This document shows, piece by piece, positions 57,647 through 64,000 of a DNA stretch of 64,000 nt. Location: positions 19,756 to 83,755 of the forward strand of contig JBJEGV010000009.1 in NCBI GenBank assembly GCA_051875395.1. The letters run 5' to 3'. Position 1 is the first letter of the stretch, and every line of letters starts with the position of its first letter. A program made the position numbers and the translations under genes. This DNA comes from Alistipes sp. GTDB taxonomy: Bacteria; Bacteroidota; Bacteroidia; Bacteroidales; Rikenellaceae. Under the pieces are notes generated by a model. That model was not told the DNA's origin and did not search any database. It was given only the letters and a program-made list of their open reading frames with translations.

Positions 57647-59878
57647 TTATTGTGCAATCAACTCGATGATGCAACTGCGGTAGTCGTTCATGTCGCGGAT
57701 GTCGTTGTACGGCGTGCGACGACTGCTGCCGGCAGTGAGTTCGCGGATTACCAAACCCTCCTCCATCAGGAATCGTCCGCTGACGACCTTACCGTCGATA
57801 TGTACGGGCTTGCCCTCGACCTCCGGCGCAACCTCGCGGATAAGGTATTTGCGCTCCGCGTCGAGACCGCGCAATTTGATGATTTTCTCCGGCATGTGGC
57901 GGAAATATACCATGCGGTAAACGAAGGCTACGGCGTGTTCTTTGTCGGCATCGACATACATCAGCGAGGCATAATCGCGCTCTCCGTCGTATGGCGATAC
58001 GAGTTTGTAGAGGTCGCCCTGCTGGATAACTGGACGCAGCCGCTTGTATTCGGCTATGGCACGCTTGGCGTATGCCTGTTCCGCTGCCGTAAGGTCGGAC
58101 GGTACCATCTCCATTCCCAAACGGCACATCGAGGCTACGTCGAAACGGAATTTGACAGGGACACGTCGCTGCGTGTATTTGTTCTGCGTCGAACATACAT
58201 GGGCGGCGAGAATGTTGGCAGGGTAGAAATCGAGCGCACCCCATTGGATGTATATGCGGTGCAGCGCATCGGTCTGGTCGCTTGTCCACACCTCCTGAAA
58301 ATACGGCAGATAACCGTAATTCAGGCGGAAACCTCCGGAGGCGCACAACTGTATAATCAAATCGGGATATGCGGCGCGTATGCGTTTGAGAATCGATTGC
58401 AACGCAAGATGATGCTCCACATAGAGGTTGGATTGCCGGCTTTTGGGCAGATAGAGCGACGATGCGTTGTACATGCACATATTGTGGTCCCATTTGATGT
58501 AACTTATCTCGGGATTCTCCTTCATCAGATTATCGACGATGCCGAATACGAAATCCTGCACCTTCGGGTTGGTCAAATCGAGCAACATTTGCGTTTTGCC
58601 TCGTCCGTAAGACGGCTCGAATGCCTCGTGGCGCAATACCCAATCGGGATGTTTCTCGTAGGTCTCGCTCAACGTATTGACCATTTCCGGCTCTATCCAG
58701 ATGCCGAATTTGAGATTTTTGCTTTTGGCGTATGCCACCAGACTGCCTATGCCCTCGGGCAGTTTCGCCTTGCACACCTGCCAATCGCCGAGACCGCCTT
58801 TGTCGCTGTTGTCCCGAATGTATTTGTTGCCGAACCAGCCGTCGTCCATGACGAACATCTCTCCGCCCAAACGCGAAAAATCGTTCATCATGTCGTTCAT
58901 GTTGGTTTGGGTGATGTCTTGGCGCACGCCCTCCCACGAGTTGAGCAGGATGTCGCGCTCCTTGGTGCCGTCGAGAATCTGATGATGACGCGCCCAATAG
59001 TGCAGATTGCGGGTCGCTTTGCCCTTGCCCTCGGTGCTGTAAGTGAATATCATCTCCGGAGTGGTCAGCGTCGATGCGGCATCGAGCGTAAAATCGGCAC
59101 CCGTAGGATTGATGCCCGCAAAAATCATTATCGGCTTGCCGCTGATGCGGTTGTTTACGAACTCTATGTGGAAGTTGCCCGTCCAAGCGAGCGTGCCGGC
59201 TATGACGTTGCCTTCGGTCTCGCTGATTTTGCCGTCTGTGCCGAGCATGAACGATGCGTTGTTGTGTACCGACGAACGGCCTCCATCCTGCGTGGAGATG
59301 ATTTTGATGCCTTCGGCAAGCGGCTCGATGTTCTCATGGTTTTCGTTGCCGTGGTCGCCGTCGAGGTGCAGCAACCAACAATCCTGCGATTTGACAGGCA
59401 GTGCCGCAGACATATATTTTTGGAGCGATACGGGCTTTTTGCCTGTGTTGGAGTATTCCGCCCAAAACTTCATGATGTCGCAATCCTTGTAGGCGTCGTA
59501 GTGCAGTTTGAGGATGAACGGATGTGCGGTGTCGGTCAAAGTTACGGTCAAACGGCACATCGTCGCATCTTCGCTCTGTTCGACGTTATCCACGACCAGA
59601 TTGGTGGCATTGTCGCCGTCGGAATGCTTTATCAGGCAGGCGTGAGGTTCGGAACAATGGGTGCCGAATGCGCGGAATGCCTGAGTGTTCATCGAACGGT
59701 GCGACGAGAATACATCGTCAAGCGATGCCCGTGTACCGTAATATCGGAAATAGAGCGGTTTGCCCTTGTCGGCAGTCAGCACCAGCGTCGAGTTCGGCGT
59801 GGAAACGGAGTAGTTTCTGCATGTACCGGCCGACCAAAATGCGAGCGACAATAAAAACAGGGTAAAAAATCGTTTCAT
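57647..59878 (-). CDS. Secreted GH36 alpha-galactosidase
   Basis: Start MKRFFTLF; LNSWEG, MDDGWF, GIWIEPEMVN, YIKWDHN (nucleophile), CASGG, WTSD (acid/base). Confidence 0.93.
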   Translation of the reverse strand: MKRFFTLFLLSLAFWSAGTCRNYSVSTPNSTLVLTADKGKPLYFRYYGTRASLDDVFSSHRSMNTQAFRAFGTHCSEPHACLIKHSDGDNATNLVVDNVEQSEDATMCRLTVTLTDTAHPFILKLHYDAYKDCDIMKFWAEYSNTGKKPVSLQKYMSAALPVKSQDCWLLHLDGDHGNENHENIEPLAEGIKIISTQDGGRSSVHNNASFMLGTDGKISETEGNVIAGTLAWTGNFHIEFVNNRISGKPIMIFAGINPTGADFTLDAASTLTTPEMIFTYSTEGKGKATRNLHYWARHHQILDGTKERDILLNSWEGVRQDITQTNMNDMMNDFSRLGGEMFVMDDGWFGNKYIRDNSDKGGLGDWQVCKAKLPEGIGSLVAYAKSKNLKFGIWIEPEMVNTLSETYEKHPDWVLRHEAFEPSYGRGKTQMLLDLTNPKVQDFVFGIVDNLMKENPEISYIKWDHNMCMYNASSLYLPKSRQSNLYVEHHLALQSILKRIRAAYPDLIIQLCASGGFRLNYGYLPYFQEVWTSDQTDALHRIYIQWGALDFYPANILAAHVCSTQNKYTQRRVPVKFRFDVASMCRLGMEMVPSDLTAAEQAYAKRAIAEYKRLRPVIQQGDLYKLVSPYDGERDYASLMYVDADKEHAVAFVYRMVYFRHMPEKIIKLRGLDAERKYLIREVAPEVEGKPVHIDGKVVSGRFLMEEGLVIRELTAGSSRRTPYNDIRDMNDYRSCIIELIAQ

Positions 59879-59959
59879 AGGTATAAGTTTTAGTTTTCGG
59901 TTGTGTGCGTGTGCGGATGAGGTGCGGCATAATCGCATGCCGTTTTTTAGCAACTTAAA

Positions 59960-59993
59960 GGGGTCGGTCAAAATCGTATTTTGACACAACCCC
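59960..59993. terminator. Imperfect palindrome downstream of glmS (terminator or REP-like)
   Basis: GGGGTCGGTCAAAA-TCGTA-TTTTGACACAACCCC. Confidence 0.55.
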
Positions 59994-60006
59994 CTGTGCA
60001 GTGATA

Positions 60007-61854
60007 TTACTCTACCGTTACCGATTTGGCAAGGTTGCGAGGCTGATCGACATTGCGCCCTTTGATGACGGCAATGTAGTAGGCGAGCAACTGTAACGGG
60101 ATGGATGTCAGCAGAGGTGTCAGACACTCCGAAATCTCGGGTACCTCGATGATGTAGTCTGCCATTTTCGAGACGATTTCGTCGCCTTCGGTTACTATTG
60201 CCAATACTCGGCCGCCACGCGCCTTGACTTGCTGTATGTTGCTTACGGTCTTTTCGTAAACGTTGTCCTTTATGGCGATGACGACGGTAGGCATCTCGTT
60301 GTCAATCAATGCGATTGTGCCGTGCTTCATCTCGGCGGCAGGGTAGCCCTCGGCGTGGATGTAGGAAATCTCCTTCAATTTGAGTGCGCCCTCCAAGGCG
60401 GCAGGATAGTTGTATCCGCGACCCAGATAGAGGAAGTTGTGGGCATAAGTGAAAATCTTTGCGAGGTCCTGAATCTGACCGTCCATCTTGAAAATATCCT
60501 TGATGAGTTTCGGCACGCGGCGCAGGTCGGATGCAACATGGTGCAGGGTCTCGTCGGAGACGGTACCCTTCATCTGACCGACCAACAATGCCAACATCGC
60601 CAATACCGAAACCTGTCCCGTAAAGGCCTTGGTCGAAGCGACACCGATTTCGGGACCTACATGGATGTAGCAACCCGAATGGGTGGCACGCGGAATGGAG
60701 GAACCGATGACGTTGCAGATGCCGAATACGAATGCGCCCTTTTTCTTGGCGAGTTCCAATGCGGCGAGCGTATCTGCCGTTTCGCCCGATTGCGAAAGTG
60801 CGATGAGGATGTCGTGTTCGGTTACCACAGGATTGCGATAGCGGAATTCGCTGGCGTACTCGACATCGACAGGAATGCGGCAGAAATCCTCGATAAGGTG
60901 CTTGCCTATCAAACCGGCATGCCACGATGTACCGCAAGCGGCTATGATGATGCGCTTGGCATTGAGGAATTTCTCTTTGTTCATGACAACGCCCGACAGC
61001 ACCACACGCTTACCGTCGCTGCTGATACGGCCGCTGATGCAGTCGGCAAGGGTTTTCGGCTGCTCGAAAATCTCTTTGAGCATAAAATGAGGGTAGCCGC
61101 CCTTCTCCAACTCTTCGATACTCATCCGCAGTTCGGTAATGTCGATGCAGTCTTTGCTCTCGCCCTGCGCGTCGAAGACGTGAAGCGGCTCGCCGCGATT
61201 GACAATCGCCACTTCGCCGTCGTTGAGATATACCACCTTATTGGTGTATTCGATAATCGGAGTGGCATCGGAAGCGATGAAATACTCGTCCTCGCCCACG
61301 CCGATAACCAACGGCGACGATTGGCGGGCAACGACTATCTGGTCGGGATTCGCTTTGTCGATGACGGCGATGGCGTATGCTCCGACAATCTGACGGGTAG
61401 CCTCTTTGACTGCATCGAACAACGAGCAATGGTTGGTATCCCTGATATATTCGATGAGTTGCACGACCACTTCGGTATCGGTCTCGCTGACGAACTTGTA
61501 GCCGTGTTTGAGCAGAGCCACCTTCAATACCGTATAGTTCTCTATTGTGCCGTTGTGAACGAGCGCAAGTTGTTTGGACTGGGAGTAATGAGGGTGTGCA
61601 TTGGTATCGTTCGGCTCGCCGTGAGTAGCCCAACGGGTATGTGCTATACCGATTGTGCCGCTGAGGTCTTTGTCGCCTGCGTAGTGTTCGAGCGCATCGA
61701 CTTTGCCTTTGGATTTGTAAATATTCAACTCTCCCTTCGCGCTTATCATGGCAACGCCCGACGAGTCGTAACCGCGGTATTCGAGACGATGGAGTCCCTG
61801 AATCAAAATGGGGTAGGCTTCGCGCTTACCGAGATATCCTACAATTCCGCACAT
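60007..61854 (-). CDS. glmS: Glutamine-fructose-6-phosphate transaminase
   Basis: MCGIVG N-terminal Cys, LEYRGYDS, HTRWATHG, SQSGETADT, AAEMKHG, PRNLAKSVTVE; -7 box TATATTTG 61913-61920. Confidence 0.97.
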   Translation of the reverse strand: MCGIVGYLGKREAYPILIQGLHRLEYRGYDSSGVAMISAKGELNIYKSKGKVDALEHYAGDKDLSGTIGIAHTRWATHGEPNDTNAHPHYSQSKQLALVHNGTIENYTVLKVALLKHGYKFVSETDTEVVVQLIEYIRDTNHCSLFDAVKEATRQIVGAYAIAVIDKANPDQIVVARQSSPLVIGVGEDEYFIASDATPIIEYTNKVVYLNDGEVAIVNRGEPLHVFDAQGESKDCIDITELRMSIEELEKGGYPHFMLKEIFEQPKTLADCISGRISSDGKRVVLSGVVMNKEKFLNAKRIIIAACGTSWHAGLIGKHLIEDFCRIPVDVEYASEFRYRNPVVTEHDILIALSQSGETADTLAALELAKKKGAFVFGICNVIGSSIPRATHSGCYIHVGPEIGVASTKAFTGQVSVLAMLALLVGQMKGTVSDETLHHVASDLRRVPKLIKDIFKMDGQIQDLAKIFTYAHNFLYLGRGYNYPAALEGALKLKEISYIHAEGYPAAEMKHGTIALIDNEMPTVVIAIKDNVYEKTVSNIQQVKARGGRVLAIVTEGDEIVSKMADYIIEVPEISECLTPLLTSIPLQLLAYYIAVIKGRNVDQPRNLAKSVTVE

Positions 61855-61999
61855 ATTGTTGTTTTTTTGGTGTTGGTTTATAAAAAACTGAAATCCGGTA
61901 TGAAAAATCGTACAAATATATGATATTATTATGAGATAATTACAAAATTCGTCCAAAAATGCTATCTTTGCGTTGCAAATAAATTTCAATGGTCATATT

Positions 62000-62398
62000 A
62001 TGAAAAAAGAGTGGAACGATGTCCGCGAATTTCATCGCAAGTTCGGACATCCCGTTGCCGAACAGCCTGTCATGATTGCAAAGAAACGCGCTTTGAGCCG
62101 TGCCAAGTGGATGAATGAGGAGGTTGCCGAGTTTCTCGTTGCCGAGGATATATACGAGCAGGCGGATGCAATGATAGATTTGATGTATTTCGCTCTCGGC
62201 ACCATGGTCGAGATGGGCTTGGAGGCCGATGAATTGTTCGATATAGTCCAGAAGGCCAATATGGCGAAATTGTGGCCCGACGGCAAACCTCACTACAATC
62301 CGAAGGACAACAAGGTGATAAAGCCCGAAGGCTGGGAAGACCCTGCGCCGAAAATCAAGGCGTACATCGATGCTGTCATAGAGAGTAAACGGCGATAG
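62000..62398 (+). CDS. MazG-like all-alpha NTP pyrophosphohydrolase (PRA-PH / DR2231-like)
   Basis: VREFHRKF, MNEEVAEF, EQADAMIDLMY, QKANMAK, KVIKPEGW; -7 box TATCTTTG 61963-61970. Confidence 0.8.
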   Translation: MKKEWNDVREFHRKFGHPVAEQPVMIAKKRALSRAKWMNEEVAEFLVAEDIYEQADAMIDLMYFALGTMVEMGLEADELFDIVQKANMAKLWPDGKPHYNPKDNKVIKPEGWEDPAPKIKAYIDAVIESKRR

Positions 62399-62401
62399 AC
62401 G

Positions 62402-63352
62402 ATGCTTCTGCTGGTGAAATATGCGGTGGTTGCATCGCTTGTGGTTTGGCTGTCGATAAAGGCGTCCAAATATATAGACATGCTCGATAAGACCACCAAA
62501 TTGTCGGGTGCATTTTTGGGAGGCGTGCTGCTCTCGGCGGTTACCTCGTTGCCGGAACTATTTACCAGCATCTCGGCGACCGTACTGTTGAAGAAGCCGA
62601 GCCTCTGCATAGGCAACATCCTCGGCAGCGATATTTTCAATCTCGCTGTATTGGCGTTGCTGGGCATCGTGGCGATTCGCAGTTTCGGACGAGCCTCGAT
62701 TTCGCGCGGCAACATTTTGGTTACGGCGTTTGTCGCGGCGATTTACGGTGCGCTGATACTTAATTGGTTCAACATCCTCAATTTCGAGATTGCGACGATA
62801 AACATAGTAACCGTCATAATGGTCGTGCTGTATGCCGTCGGAGTGCGCTTTCTCGCTTCGGACAAAGGCAAAAAGTGCGAAGAGGGCGGGTGCGTCGCAT
62901 TGTCGGTCGGGCAGATTGCCGTGCGATTCGTCGCGGCAAGCGTCGGTATCGTCGCATTGAGCGTCCTGATGACCTATATCACCGACGATATAGCCAAGGC
63001 TTACAATATCGGGATGGGAATGGCGGGAGCCATATTCCTCGGCGTTGCCACCTCGTTGCCCGAGGTCTCCTCGACCGTCGCCCTGTTCCGCATGAAGAGT
63101 TACGACATCGCCGTCGGCAATATCGTCGGCAGCAACCTCTTCAACTTCCTCGTGTTGTGCATCGCCGACGTGATGTGCATCGGTCAAAGCGTTTACGACT
63201 ACACCGATACGAATGTGGTCAATCTGCTCGTGTTCGGCAGTGTTGCGACCGTGGCGATGCTCTATGCCCTGACCGCCAAAAAGAGCGGATGGCGTTTGGT
63301 CGGCCTTGCGGCAGCCGTGGCTTGTTATTTCGCCTTTCTGTCGGCCGATTGA
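62402..63352 (+). CDS. Cation:calcium (CaCA/YrbG-like) antiporter
   Basis: Two alpha repeats: AVTSLPEL..IGNILGSDIFN and VATSLPEV..VGNIVGSNLFN. Confidence 0.9.
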   Translation: MLLLVKYAVVASLVVWLSIKASKYIDMLDKTTKLSGAFLGGVLLSAVTSLPELFTSISATVLLKKPSLCIGNILGSDIFNLAVLALLGIVAIRSFGRASISRGNILVTAFVAAIYGALILNWFNILNFEIATINIVTVIMVVLYAVGVRFLASDKGKKCEEGGCVALSVGQIAVRFVAASVGIVALSVLMTYITDDIAKAYNIGMGMAGAIFLGVATSLPEVSSTVALFRMKSYDIAVGNIVGSNLFNFLVLCIADVMCIGQSVYDYTDTNVVNLLVFGSVATVAMLYALTAKKSGWRLVGLAAAVACYFAFLSAD

Positions 63353-63429
63353 TGCCGCAGACGAAAATTGTTGCGGTTTTCGACGGCTGTTTGCACTAAA
63401 ATAACTATTTTTGCGTATATTATACCGCT

Positions 63430-64000
63430 ATGGACATCGTAGAGACAATAGTGCAATATCTGACGACCAATCGTCGATTGGTTGTGCCGTCGTTCGGCGC
63501 ATTCATCGTCAAAAACGACGACGAGGTATTGTTCTCCGAGTTGTTGAATACCGACGACGGAGTGTTGCGCGGTCTGCTCATCGCTCGCGGATTGAGCGAA
63601 TTGGCAGCGGTCGGTGCGATTGACAGATTCGTTTTCGATGCGCGTTATGCGTTGTCGGAGACAGGCCGATTCGAGGTCGGCACTCTCGGTACGATAGTGT
63701 CGGAGCGCGGAGTGTTGAAGTTGGTGCGGACGGGCAGCAGAGCCTCTGCCGCAACAATCGTAACGCCGACGCAGCGGCGTACCGTTGCCGCCGAACAGAG
63801 TAACCCGACTGCCAAGCATGCGGTCAAGGCTCGGCGGAGGGGTACCGATTGGTTTATGATTGTGGCGATAGTCGTGGTGCTTTGCGCTGTTGCTGCTATT
63901 GTTTACGGCTATTTCTGTTCTGCTGCACAGGGCGAGCAGGATGAAGCGATGATGGATATGTTGCGGTTCCGTGCGGAACAACCCGCAGCATCCGACAAAT
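63430..64000 (+). CDS. HU/CCDC81-like domain protein with a TM anchor (3' truncated by window)
   Basis: Manual translation MDIVETIVQYLTTNRRLVVPSFGAFIV...LSETGRFEVGTLGTI...WFMIVAIVVVLCAVAAIVYGYF..., open to window end; -7 box TATTTTTG 63406-63413. Confidence 0.7.
   Translation, partial: MDIVETIVQYLTTNRRLVVPSFGAFIVKNDDEVLFSELLNTDDGVLRGLLIARGLSELAAVGAIDRFVFDARYALSETGRFEVGTLGTIVSERGVLKLVRTGSRASAATIVTPTQRRTVAAEQSNPTAKHAVKARRRGTDWFMIVAIVVVLCAVAAIVYGYFCSAAQGEQDEAMMDMLRFRAEQPAASDK

Noticed and set aside
57443-59854. Long antisense ORFs (803 aa here; also 7371-9074, 18453-20378, 33144-35054, 36008-37630, 40374-42083, 42126-43997, 60229-61923)
   Set aside because: Shadow frames opposite well-supported genes in GC-rich coding DNA; no motifs, and residue composition typical of antisense codons.
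61855-61920. glmS ribozyme upstream of glmS
   Set aside because: The promoter lies about 60 bp from the ATG, the leader is AT-rich with no ribozyme core, and there is no room for the roughly 150-nt RNA.

Overview
Core-chromosome segment of a Bacteroidetes gut anaerobe, probably Rikenellaceae/Alistipes-like. The taxonomy is inferred from gene content, protein style and many TAnnTTTG (-7) / TTTG (-33) Bacteroidetes sigma-A promoters. It holds about 58 CDSs, two of them window-truncated and missing from the ORF track (<1..129 lipoprotein; 63430..>64000 HU-like membrane protein), plus one tRNA-Asp(GTC). Housekeeping genes include ychF, miaB, plsY, glmM, dnaN, rex, rsmD, mutS, sufE, pfkA, ffh, prs, engB and glmS. 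Accessory-type genes include an AraC-RND efflux locus, a LytS/LytTR two-component system, exported phosphoesterases and tandem histidine acid phosphatases, a GH36, an S9 peptidase and a PspC-PadR-GIN-PspC operon. I saw no integrase, transposase, CRISPR array or prophage. The most unusual DNA is the ~640 bp gap between convergent mutS and DUF2851 (35319-35986). It is a nested mosaic of an exact 42-bp direct repeat, a palindromic MITE/REP-like element and several degenerate 8-10 nt tandem-repeat blocks. A second theme is full-frame but apparently catalytically dead or domain-truncated enzymes: GH2, PafA-like phosphatase, the RibF kinase domain and DUF2851. All family calls come from motif recognition by eye; no database search was run. 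Many starts were moved from the ORF track to more plausible internal ATGs.
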